Part shown: piece by piece, positions 45,014 to 54,261 of the stretch
Numbering within the stretch: position 1 is the first letter of the stretch
Layout: every line of letters begins with the position of its first letter
From: an uncultured bacterium
Lineage (GTDB): Bacteria > Eisenbacteria > RBG-16-71-46 > JAFGJU01
Assembly: GCA_964570935.1 (NCBI GenBank)
Contig: CAZMZP010000075.1
Coordinates: 19,173-83,172 of the forward strand
Length of the DNA: 64,000 nt
Reading direction: 5' to 3'
Position numbers and translations under genes: made by a program
Notes under the pieces: generated by a model
Seen by the model: the letters and a program-made list of their open reading frames with translations, nothing else
Told to the model about the DNA's origin: nothing
Databases searched by the model: none

Positions 45014-46375
45014 TTGGACGCAACTCTGTTGACGGGCGGCACCGTCATAACCATGAACGCTTCCAGGGAAGTGTTGCGGGCCGACGTGATGATAGAGGGC
45101 GGCGTCATCACCGCCGTCGGGCAGAACCCGGGTGGTTGGGCGCGGCGCGCTGCCGGACATTCCTGGCTTCGGACGCTGGACGTCGGCGGCAGCTACGTCC
45201 TTCCCGGCTTCATCCAGACTCACGTGCATCTTTGTCAGACGCTGTTCAGGGGCCAGGCCGAGGGAGTCGGACTCGCCGGCTGGCTGGACAGGATATGGAC
45301 TCTCGAAGCCGCTCACGACCCCGAGTCCATGCGCGCCTCCGCCGCGCTGGGCTGTAACGAGCTGTTGAAGGGCGGAACCACGTGCGTCCTCGACATGGGA
45401 AGCGTTCACCACACCGACCAGGTGTTCGAGGCCGCACGGGCGAGCGGCATAAGGGCCTTCTGCGGCAAGGCCATGATGGACGCCGGTGACCACGTGCCTC
45501 CCGGGCTCAGAGAGACCACCGACGAATCCATGTCTGAGGCGCTGCGGCTTCACGGGAGGTGGCACGGCGCCGACGGCGGCAGAATTCAGTACGCGTTCGC
45601 GCCGCGGTTCCTGGAAAGCTGCAGCGAAGACCTGCTGCGCGGGGTGGCCGCGAGCGCTCGCGAGATGGTCCTCCTCGTGCATTCTCACGCCTCCGAGACC
45701 GCCGCCGAGCTGGAGGACTGTAAGTCCCGGCACGGCGTGAGCCCCGTCAAATACCTCGAATCACTCGGGCTGGCCGGTCCGAACCTCGTGCTGGCCCACT
45801 GCATACATCTGGAGGACGACGACTTCAGAATCCTGGCCGAGACCGGTACGAAGGTGGCTCACTGCCCGTCCTGCAACCTCAAGCTTTCCTCCGGGATAGC
45901 GGACGTCGACCGTCTCGCGCGGTCCGGCGCGGCAGTGTCGCTGGGCAGCGACGGCGCCGCCTGCAACAACAACCTCGACATGTTCCAGGAGATGAGGACT
46001 GCCGCGCTCCTGCAGAGCTACAAGAATGGAGGCGGGCACCCGTGGGCAGGGCTGTTCCTGGAGGCGGCGACCCTGGGAGGGGCGAAGGCGCTGGGCATAG
46101 ACGGCATAGTGGGCAGCATCGAACCGGGGAAGAAGGCCGACCTGATTGTGGTAAACGTCTCGGGAGAGCACGCGCTCTGCGGCCCCGGCTGCGACCCCGC
46201 CACGAGGATCGTATTCTCGGCAAAGAGCTCCGACGTGAAGCACGTCTTCGTAGGCGGCCGCCCGATTGTCGCGGCCGGCGAGATCTGGCAGGGTCCGTAC
46301 GCGGGTCCGTCCTCGCGCGAAGTGACGGTCAACGCTTCGAGGGCGCTCGAGAAGCTGCTCGCGCGCTGCGCCTGA
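45014..46375 (+). CDS. Amidohydrolase, MTA/SAH/5'-deoxyadenosine deaminase family
   Basis: AGGAGG before TTG 45014; HVHLCQTLFRG, HSHASE, AHC, HCPSCNLKL, LGSDG. Confidence 0.85.
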   Translation: MDATLLTGGTVITMNASREVLRADVMIEGGVITAVGQNPGGWARRAAGHSWLRTLDVGGSYVLPGFIQTHVHLCQTLFRGQAEGVGLAGWLDRIWTLEAAHDPESMRASAALGCNELLKGGTTCVLDMGSVHHTDQVFEAARASGIRAFCGKAMMDAGDHVPPGLRETTDESMSEALRLHGRWHGADGGRIQYAFAPRFLESCSEDLLRGVAASAREMVLLVHSHASETAAELEDCKSRHGVSPVKYLESLGLAGPNLVLAHCIHLEDDDFRILAETGTKVAHCPSCNLKLSSGIADVDRLARSGAAVSLGSDGAACNNNLDMFQEMRTAALLQSYKNGGGHPWAGLFLEAATLGGAKALGIDGIVGSIEPGKKADLIVVNVSGEHALCGPGCDPATRIVFSAKSSDVKHVFVGGRPIVAAGEIWQGPYAGPSSREVTVNASRALEKLLARCA

Positions 46376-46401
46376 AACTGGCGACGGCATGAGGTGAAGG
46401 C

Positions 46402-46989
46402 ATGGAACGTCAGAAGATCACTCCGGAGAGAATAAGGAAAGTAGTGCGTGAAGTCCTCGAGGAGACGACCCGCGAAGGCCCCGTGGGCGCGACTCGCGTC
46501 CCGGCAGGTGCGCCTGCCGGTCCCAAGGCAAAGGCGCCTGGCGCCGTTGCGCTGGCCGTGGGCGCCGACCACGGCGGATTTGCCTTCAAGGAGCTCTTGA
46601 GGAAATACCTCGAGCAGGAACTGGGGATTGTGGTCAAGGACTGCGGCACTCACGGGCCGGAGTCGGTCGACTATCCCGACTTCGCCCTTGCCGTGGCCAG
46701 GGCCGTGGCGTCGGGCGAATGTGAGAAGGGCATCGTCGTAGACACCATGGGGATCGGGTCCTCCATAGCCGCCAACAAGGTCAAAGGAATCCGTGCCGCG
46801 CTCTGCCACGACGTGGACACCGCAAGGAACAGCCGGGCGCACAACGACGCCAACGTGCTGGCCTTGGGCTCCAAGGTGGTCAACTCCGGTCACGCCCGGC
46901 GGATAGTCAGGGAATGGCTGGCCACTGCTTTTGAGGGCGGCAGGCACGCCAAGAGAGTTCAGAAGATAACAGACGCCGAACGCGCGTGA
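46402..46989 (+). CDS. rpiB: Ribose-5-phosphate isomerase B-like protein with N-terminal extension
   Basis: GADHGG, DYPDFA, GIG..IAANKVKGIRAA, HNDANVL, FEGGRHAKRV. Confidence 0.9.
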   Translation: MERQKITPERIRKVVREVLEETTREGPVGATRVPAGAPAGPKAKAPGAVALAVGADHGGFAFKELLRKYLEQELGIVVKDCGTHGPESVDYPDFALAVARAVASGECEKGIVVDTMGIGSSIAANKVKGIRAALCHDVDTARNSRAHNDANVLALGSKVVNSGHARRIVREWLATAFEGGRHAKRVQKITDAERA

Positions 46990-47002
46990 AGCCCGAATAC
47001 TG

Positions 47003-47032
47003 TTGACGCAAACCGCGCCGTTTTGATACGGT
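47003..47032 (+). promoter_or_regulatory. Putative sigma70 promoter of the TBDR locus
   Basis: TTGACG-18 nt-TACGGT with extended TG. Confidence 0.4.
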
Positions 47033-47109
47033 TGATGCGCTCTAGTTCTGTCCGCGGCCGGACTGCCGCGCTTTCCTCTCCTATCCGAACGGAGGATGCG
47101 AAAAGAATC

Positions 47110-50025
47110 ATGACGAAAGTGACAGGCTATCCAAAGTCGTCGTCGGCTAAACACGCCGGGCCGGGGCCATGCCTCCGGCTCTTACTGTTGCTGTTCATCC
47201 CCGTCTTTCTCCTGCTGCCCGCCTCGGACGCCTACTCCCAGGGGGTTGGCCGAGTCCTGGGCAAGGTGCTGGACGCCGCGACCGGGAAACCACTGCCTTT
47301 CGCCAACATAGTCATACTGGAGACCCAATTCGGTGCCGTGTCCGCCGAGGACGGTGAGTACATAATCGTCGGGATTCCGCCGGGCGTGTATTCGGTCCGG
47401 GCCAGTCTCATCGGTTACACCGGCGTGGTCAGGAAGGACGTCAGGGTCACGGCGGACCAGGCCGCGAGAGCCAACTTCGAGCTCCAGCAGGTGGCCGTCG
47501 GCGGCAGGGACGAGGTCGTCATCTGGTCCACCAGGCCGATGGTCGAAGTGGACGTGGCTTCGACGAAGAGGAACATCTCGGCCGAAGAGCTCAGAGTCCT
47601 GCCCGTTGGCGAGACCGTACAGGACGTGATGGCGAGGCAGGCGGGTATCGTAAGCTCCAAGGACGAGCTCCACGTCAGGGGCGGCAGGACCGACGAAGTC
47701 ATCTACATAATAGACGGAGTGAAGATGAAAGACGCCCTCTCGGGCGGCTCCAGCGGCGACCTCATCGGCGCCCGGTCGGTGGCGGAGATGAGCGTCATCA
47801 CGGGCGGGTTCAGCGCCAAGTACGGCCAGGCCCTTTCCGGCGTCGTGGACGTGAAGGTGAGGGAGGGCGGCTCCGCGTACCGCGGAGGCATCACATATTC
47901 GACGGACCGTACTCCGCTGTTCAGCTATTACAACTATGACTATGTCGACTTCCAGCTCAGCGGTCCGGAACCACTGACAACGTACTTGCTGCCCAAGCTC
48001 AAGGCCAAGATCCCCGGGGAAGTCACGTTCTTCATGAACCTGTCCGGCGACGTCTCAGACACCTATCTTCCGGACTTGAACGACATGGCCGCGAGAAAGG
48101 ACCAGGTCACCGTCATAGAGGCGGGTGGGTTCCGCATCCCTCTGTACACCGGCGGAGACAAACCACGTCTGGTGTCCAGCTACAGGGACAAGATACTGGG
48201 CCGCGAGTTCACGTATGGTTCTTTCTTCAGCCCCAGGAGCGACAACAACTGGAGGGCCATCGGGAAGCTGGTCTGGAAGCCCAACGCGGCGCACAAGTTC
48301 GGCGTGTCAGCGACGAAATGGATAGGGATAGGACAGGGGTTCGCCGAGCACGACATCGGTGAGGTCGCCAAGAACATCACCAGCTACCCGTGGTCATGGA
48401 CCAACCGGCTCGACCATTACTACACAATCACCAGCGACCAGAACAGCTTCTCGGCTTTCTGGCGGCAGAACATCAGCAAGTCCTCGTACCACAACTTGCA
48501 GGTATCCAGGTATTTCAGCGCCTCGCACCGTGACGTGGCGGGGAAGAAGTGGAGCGGGTATGAGCAGCCCGACGACAGCGCGCTTCCCGACAGTCTCGAC
48601 TCCATCTACTTTATTGACAGCGGCGACGTCGCGGACTGGAGGGACAGGTACATAGAGACGTGGGGCCTCGCGTGGGACCTCACCAAGCGGTTCGAGCCCC
48701 ACCACGAGTTCATCACCGGGTTCGACAGCCAGTACGAAAACGTGCAGTACATCAGCATATCAAGACCCTGGGAGTACGACACGGACGGACTGGGGCGTGA
48801 GCACGACCTCTTCCACGTCTACCCCAACAAGGGCTCCCTGTACGCCGAAGACAAGCTCGAGTACGAGGGTTTCATTGCCAAGATAGGCGTCCGTTACGAC
48901 TACTGGTTCCCGGGTGAGGCCCTGGAGAGAGTGATTGACGACACCACCAACACGAACATCACGTCTTTCACGAGGGCCAACTTCTACCACGACACGAAAG
49001 AGGTCTTCGGTCATCGCTTCAAGGCTCACATGAGTCCGCGCCTGGCGATCTCCCATCCCGTCACGGAGAGAGACAACCTGTTCTTCAACTACGGGCACTT
49101 CACCCAGTGGCCGACGTACTACTACATCTACTCAAAGATCACGTCGGTGTCGAGCGAGAGCTATCCCAGGATAGGCAACCCCAACCTGAACCCGGAGATC
49201 GCAGTCCAGTACGAGCTGGGCGCAAGACACCAGTTCACTAACGACATGGCAGGCGACGTCACGCTGTTCTACAAGGACATCTACGACTACCCGACGGCCA
49301 CGCCGTTCACGCTGCAGGCGGGCATCGACCCGTCCACTGGGCAGCCCCTGCTGACCACGTTCTTCATTTACAGAAACGTCGACTACGCCAGGTCCAGGGG
49401 CGTGGAGCTGGAGTTCAAGAAGAGGAGAACCAACAACGTCTCGTTCGGCCTGTCGTACACCTATTCGCTGGCGACCGGCAAGAGCTCCGACCCCAACGCG
49501 GCCAAGCTGGTCCAGGAGGCCGGCGGCGACTTCAGCGAAGCCAACCTGGGCGAGGTCTACATGTGGTGGAACAGACCTCACAAGCTTACTTCCTGGCTGG
49601 AGTACCGGGTGCCGATAGACGCCCCTCCGGCGGAGTGGGGCAGGCTGAAGATCCCGCCCGGATGGTCCATCTACTTCTACTGGTACATCACGAGCGGGGA
49701 AGCATACACGCCCAGAGACTCGGAGGGCAGGGAGAGCGGTGAGGACTACTCCCGGAACGGACCGCTGGAGAGCCAGCTCAGCATGAAACTGACCAAGGTG
49801 TTTAAGCTGCGTAACGACAAGAGGCTCGAGGTCGTGTTCCAGGGCTGGAACATCCTGAACAGAAAGAACCCCATGGAAGTGGACCCACAGACCGGCGAAC
49901 CATACGAGCCGGGCGCGGGAACGATGATAAGGAACAACACGCTGTACTACCGCACGCAGTACAGCAACCCTGCGTACTTCGGCGTGCCCAGGAACTTCAG
50001 GCTGGCCGTCTCCTACGAGTGGTAG
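47110..50025 (+). CDS. TonB-dependent receptor with N-terminal carboxypeptidase-regulatory-like domain
   Basis: Signal peptide; GKVLDAATGKPLPFAN; plug HVRGGRTDE...IDG; GNPNLNPE; PRNFRLAVSYEW. Confidence 0.9.
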   Translation: MTKVTGYPKSSSAKHAGPGPCLRLLLLLFIPVFLLLPASDAYSQGVGRVLGKVLDAATGKPLPFANIVILETQFGAVSAEDGEYIIVGIPPGVYSVRASLIGYTGVVRKDVRVTADQAARANFELQQVAVGGRDEVVIWSTRPMVEVDVASTKRNISAEELRVLPVGETVQDVMARQAGIVSSKDELHVRGGRTDEVIYIIDGVKMKDALSGGSSGDLIGARSVAEMSVITGGFSAKYGQALSGVVDVKVREGGSAYRGGITYSTDRTPLFSYYNYDYVDFQLSGPEPLTTYLLPKLKAKIPGEVTFFMNLSGDVSDTYLPDLNDMAARKDQVTVIEAGGFRIPLYTGGDKPRLVSSYRDKILGREFTYGSFFSPRSDNNWRAIGKLVWKPNAAHKFGVSATKWIGIGQGFAEHDIGEVAKNITSYPWSWTNRLDHYYTITSDQNSFSAFWRQNISKSSYHNLQVSRYFSASHRDVAGKKWSGYEQPDDSALPDSLDSIYFIDSGDVADWRDRYIETWGLAWDLTKRFEPHHEFITGFDSQYENVQYISISRPWEYDTDGLGREHDLFHVYPNKGSLYAEDKLEYEGFIAKIGVRYDYWFPGEALERVIDDTTNTNITSFTRANFYHDTKEVFGHRFKAHMSPRLAISHPVTERDNLFFNYGHFTQWPTYYYIYSKITSVSSESYPRIGNPNLNPEIAVQYELGARHQFTNDMAGDVTLFYKDIYDYPTATPFTLQAGIDPSTGQPLLTTFFIYRNVDYARSRGVELEFKKRRTNNVSFGLSYTYSLATGKSSDPNAAKLVQEAGGDFSEANLGEVYMWWNRPHKLTSWLEYRVPIDAPPAEWGRLKIPPGWSIYFYWYITSGEAYTPRDSEGRESGEDYSRNGPLESQLSMKLTKVFKLRNDKRLEVVFQGWNILNRKNPMEVDPQTGEPYEPGAGTMIRNNTLYYRTQYSNPAYFGVPRNFRLAVSYEW

Positions 50026-50088
50026 GCGGGCCTGAGCGGGCGCGTTGACAGTGTGGCAAGTCGAACCAAGAGCAAAGATGGAGAGCCG

Positions 50089-51117
50089 ATGAGAAACCGC
50101 ACGCACTTCCAGCGCCGAGCCGCGACGGCCGCTGCCGTCCTGCTTGTCGCGACTCTTGTCCTGGCTCCCGGCGCCGCCTTTTCCCAGGTGAGCCTCGGAG
50201 GGCAGCGAGTCGGGACCGCCTCGGGGACCTTTCTCAAGCTGCCGCTCTCCGCGCCCGGCGCCGCGATGGCCGGCGCGTACGTGGCGGTGGTTGACGACGT
50301 AACCTCGGTGGGCTGGAATCCCGCGGGCCTGGCCAACATCGCTCAGAAGGGATTCTCGGTCACCCACATCCAGTGGTTCGCCGACGTGGACTACACCTTC
50401 GGCGCTTACGCGCAGCCGTGGGCCGGGTTCAACGGTTCGGTGGGGGTCTTCTTCGGCTCGCTCAGCACCATGATGGACGAGACCACCGAGTACATGCCTT
50501 ACGGAACCGGCAGGAAGTTCGCTTTCACCGACTGGCTCGCGGGAGTGTCGCTGGCGAGAAGGCTCACGGACAAGCTGATGGTCGGGGGGAACGTCAAGTA
50601 CGTCAGGGAAGAGCTCGGCGCGGACGTCGGGGGGCCGGTCACCAACTCGTGGCTGCTGGACGTCGGGACGAAGTACTACGTCGGACTCAGCACCGTGAGG
50701 ATGGCGATGTTCCTGTCCAACTTCGGGCCCGAGCTCAAGCCGTCCGGGACTTTCGTAGGACTGGCCGACGGCGTCCGGATCGAGCAGGACTACGAAGGAT
50801 TCGCTCCACCGACCATGTTCAAGTTCGGAATCGCGTTTGACCCCGTGAGAAATGACATGCACAGGGTCACAACGGCGCTTGAGATGAACCACTACGCCGA
50901 CAACGAAGAGACCATCAGGGTGGGAGCCGAATACGAGCTGGCGGATGTCGCTACCCTGAGAGGCGGATACGACCTCAACTCCGACGACATGGGTCCCGCG
51001 TTCGGCGCCGGGCTCAAGGTGAAATACGGCGGCGTGAACGGGACGATAGACTATTCGTACATGAAGGGCGAGTACCTCGGAAACGTCAACATATTCACGC
51101 TGAATTTCGCGTTCTAG
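50089..51117 (+). CDS. PorV/PorQ-like outer-membrane barrel
   Basis: Signal peptide; GTFLKLPLSAPGAAMAGAY, WNPAGLA; ends FAF. Confidence 0.85.
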   Translation: MRNRTHFQRRAATAAAVLLVATLVLAPGAAFSQVSLGGQRVGTASGTFLKLPLSAPGAAMAGAYVAVVDDVTSVGWNPAGLANIAQKGFSVTHIQWFADVDYTFGAYAQPWAGFNGSVGVFFGSLSTMMDETTEYMPYGTGRKFAFTDWLAGVSLARRLTDKLMVGGNVKYVREELGADVGGPVTNSWLLDVGTKYYVGLSTVRMAMFLSNFGPELKPSGTFVGLADGVRIEQDYEGFAPPTMFKFGIAFDPVRNDMHRVTTALEMNHYADNEETIRVGAEYELADVATLRGGYDLNSDDMGPAFGAGLKVKYGGVNGTIDYSYMKGEYLGNVNIFTLNFAF

Positions 51118-51187
51118 CGGAACCATTCGACCGCCGGGACTCAGTGGAGACGAAACCTACGCGGCGAAGCTTGAGGGACCTTACAAC

Positions 51188-52186
51188 ATGCATCGAACTA
51201 CCGGAATGATCCAGAGATCGGTCCGCGGACGCCTCTCCCCGACGTGGAGAAGCGCTCTGCTGTTCCTGCTGTCAGCGTCGCTGCTGGCCGGAGCGCTCGG
51301 CCTGGCCGGTTGCGGCCAGCAGCTCTCGAAGCCGGAAGAAACCCGTGGCGGCACCGGTGTCGTTCAGGGCAGGTACGTTCTCACTTACGAGTGGGGCGGT
51401 TTCCCGGGCACCACGGACGTGGTTGTGACGGTTGGAGGGTTCGTCTACGTCGCGCAGGAGAGCGCGCGAGTGGTGGCGTACAAGACATTTTTCCCGCAGC
51501 CTCATCCGCTCATAGCCCCGCTGGAGAATCTGTCGAAACCCGTGCTGCTGGCCGAGGGTCCCAACGAGGAGATTTACGTGGCCGACGCCGGCGACATGAC
51601 GGTCAAACACTTCCCCCGCTCCGGCGGCCTCCCCATCCAAACGTTCACTGACCCCGAATGGGCCGTGTTCGGCGGGATAGCAGTCGACGACGAGGGCTAC
51701 ATTTACGTCGCGGACAGCCAGAAGGATTTCATCTGGAAGTACACGCCGTCCGGCGACAGAGACACCCTGGGTGGTAATGGAGTTCTGAGCGAAAGCGGCG
51801 CCGGAATCGGCTACGTGATGCGGCCGGGAGGACTTTGTTTCGACGGCGCGTATCTTCAGGTGACGGACACGGGCCACAATCAGGTGAAGAAACTGGCCAC
51901 GGACGCCGTTGCGTCCTGCTACCTTTTCATAAACGGGCCTTCCCCGTCGGATCCATTCGACTCGCCTCTGGATTCCGACGCGGACGAATTGGGCAACATC
52001 TACGTCGCCGACACGGGAAATAACAGAGTCCTCAAGTATCTCGCGACGGGCGTGATCGACCAGACCGTGAACTGGGACACGACTTACGCGGTCGGTCCTC
52101 CGTCGGCGGTCGCGGCCAGAGACAAGTGGGTCTACATAGCTGACCCGCAGAATTCCAAGATACTCATCTACGAGTTGAGACAATAG
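51188..52186 (+). CDS. NHL-repeat beta-propeller lipoprotein
   Basis: Lipobox LAGC; repeated IYVAD, NIYVADTGNNRV. Confidence 0.85.
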   Translation: MHRTTGMIQRSVRGRLSPTWRSALLFLLSASLLAGALGLAGCGQQLSKPEETRGGTGVVQGRYVLTYEWGGFPGTTDVVVTVGGFVYVAQESARVVAYKTFFPQPHPLIAPLENLSKPVLLAEGPNEEIYVADAGDMTVKHFPRSGGLPIQTFTDPEWAVFGGIAVDDEGYIYVADSQKDFIWKYTPSGDRDTLGGNGVLSESGAGIGYVMRPGGLCFDGAYLQVTDTGHNQVKKLATDAVASCYLFINGPSPSDPFDSPLDSDADELGNIYVADTGNNRVLKYLATGVIDQTVNWDTTYAVGPPSAVAARDKWVYIADPQNSKILIYELRQ

Positions 52187-52241
52187 CGCGGGGCGCCAGG
52201 CGCTCTGACGGACGAGAAACAGAAAGGGAACAGGTTCACCG

Positions 52242-54197
52242 ATGCGCTCACTTCGAAAGACTCGGTTTTGGGCCGTGGCGGCGGCCACGCTCCTCGGCGT
52301 CGTTCTTATCCCGGGAACCGGAGTCGCCTCCGGTGACGTCTCGCACGATTCCCCGTTCCCGGTCGAGCCCGGCGTCCACTCGACCGCCCAGGCCGACTCG
52401 ATACGGTACGACCTTCGCATCCACGACGTCAGCAACATCGGTATGACCGTCACGAACTACGGCTTTCTGGGGAACAATTTCGTCAACAGAAGCGCGTCCC
52501 TGGAGTATCCGCTCGGCACCGGCATAGACCACCTCATCAGGGCGGGGCTCTGGATCGGCGCCGTGAACGCGCAGGGCGACACGCTGGTCACCACCGGGAC
52601 GATTGACGGCTACTGGAACACTCCGAGCGCGGCCGGAGTGGAGTTCTCGCCGGCTACGCTGGGCATCGAAGAAATCTCGGCCCTCCTGAACAATAAGTAT
52701 TACCACCCTGGCGCGTATTCGGAGCAGGATTTCATCGCGTTCTACAGTGATTCGTTCGCGGTGGGGTCCAAGCCGGACGAACACGTCACGCAGGGGCTGC
52801 TCCTGAAACAGCGGAGCATGGTGTGGAGCTACGACCTGGCGGACGCGTTCGTGCTCATCAGCTACACGCTCAAGAACATCAGCCAGAGCACTATGGGCGC
52901 CGTTCACATAGCCATGTACGGCGAGCTGGCTTCGGGCAACAAGAGCACGTATGTGACCTGGCCTCCCTCGGGCTGGTTCAGCAAGAAGGACATAGCGTAC
53001 TACGACACGCTGAGGATGGTCTCGGAGCACCACTACAACTTCGCCAGCGGCGCAGCCCCGTCGTGGGCCGGCATAAAGCTGCTGGGCGTCAAACGCAACG
53101 ACGTGCCGGTGGACTTCGCCACGACGCCGGTTTCCTTCAACTGGTGGGGCTGGGACCCCGGCGGGACCGACAAGGACGAAGACAACGAACGATACCTCCT
53201 GATGAGCAACGGTGAGATCGATGTGACTGACGGGTCCGAGGCCCCCCAGTTCGACGCGGTCGAGCTGCTGTCGGTCGGGCCGGTGGATTTTCTGGGCGCG
53301 GATGACTCGCTGACCTTCGCCTTCGCTTTCGTCGGCGGTGACGACCGAGAGGACCTTTTCCTCAACGCCAGCTGGGCCCAGAAGGCGTACGATTTCAACT
53401 TCGTCCTGCCGACTCCTCCTCCTTCGCCCGTCCTCAAGGTGGTACCCGGACGCGAGAAACTGACCCTGCGATGGGACGACAGCCCGGAGACGGCCAGGGA
53501 CCCGGTCACGGACGAGCAGGACTTCGAGGGCTACAGAGTCTACCTCAGCACCGACAATGAGACGTTCGGCATGGTAAGGCAGGCCGACAAGGTAGACACC
53601 ACCGGCTTCAACACGGGCTTCTCGCTCCTCGAGGACCCAGTAGAAATAGGCGGCGTGAGCTACAAGTACAAGCTGGTCATGGAGAACCTCAAGGACGGGT
53701 TCAAGTACTGGGCAACTGTCACGTCCTACGACACAGGCACGCCGGAAGTGCCCAGCCTGGAGAGCGGCAAGCCGCAGAACAGGGTTCTCGTCGTTCCCGG
53801 CCCGGAGCCGGCCGAGGCCAGCGCGAGTAAGGCAGCCGTGTTCCCCAACCCTTACAGGGTGCGGGCTCTGTGGGACGGGGAGTTCCTGAGAGACAGGTAT
53901 CTCTGGTTCACGAACCTGCCAACGAAGGCCCTGCTCCGGATATACACGCTGTCCGGAGACCTGGTGGACGAGATCAACTTCGACGGCGACACGTACCACG
54001 CTCAGGACGCGAGGGGCATATACGACGTCAAGACCGACCCGCTGGGACGTAACGCGCCCCTTCTGTCGGGCACGATGTACGCCTGGGACGTGATATCCAA
54101 GAGGGACCAGGCCGTCGCGACCGGTCTCTACATCTTCGTGGTCGAGGACAAGGCCACTGGTGACACGCAGGTTGGGAAATTCCTGATAGTGAAATAG
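52242..54197 (+). CDS. Secreted protein with FN3-like domain and C-terminal sorting-like domain
   Basis: Signal peptide; HDVSNIGMTVTNYG...EYPLGTG; LTLRWD...FEGYRVY; VFPNPY...IYTLSGDLV...TGLYIF...GKFLIVK. Confidence 0.8.
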   Translation: MRSLRKTRFWAVAAATLLGVVLIPGTGVASGDVSHDSPFPVEPGVHSTAQADSIRYDLRIHDVSNIGMTVTNYGFLGNNFVNRSASLEYPLGTGIDHLIRAGLWIGAVNAQGDTLVTTGTIDGYWNTPSAAGVEFSPATLGIEEISALLNNKYYHPGAYSEQDFIAFYSDSFAVGSKPDEHVTQGLLLKQRSMVWSYDLADAFVLISYTLKNISQSTMGAVHIAMYGELASGNKSTYVTWPPSGWFSKKDIAYYDTLRMVSEHHYNFASGAAPSWAGIKLLGVKRNDVPVDFATTPVSFNWWGWDPGGTDKDEDNERYLLMSNGEIDVTDGSEAPQFDAVELLSVGPVDFLGADDSLTFAFAFVGGDDREDLFLNASWAQKAYDFNFVLPTPPPSPVLKVVPGREKLTLRWDDSPETARDPVTDEQDFEGYRVYLSTDNETFGMVRQADKVDTTGFNTGFSLLEDPVEIGGVSYKYKLVMENLKDGFKYWATVTSYDTGTPEVPSLESGKPQNRVLVVPGPEPAEASASKAAVFPNPYRVRALWDGEFLRDRYLWFTNLPTKALLRIYTLSGDLVDEINFDGDTYHAQDARGIYDVKTDPLGRNAPLLSGTMYAWDVISKRDQAVATGLYIFVVEDKATGDTQVGKFLIVK

Positions 54198-54261
54198 CCG
54201 CCGGAAACTGCGCGGGGAGACGGCGAGACGGAGACACTCCGACACACGGAAGACGAGAAAC

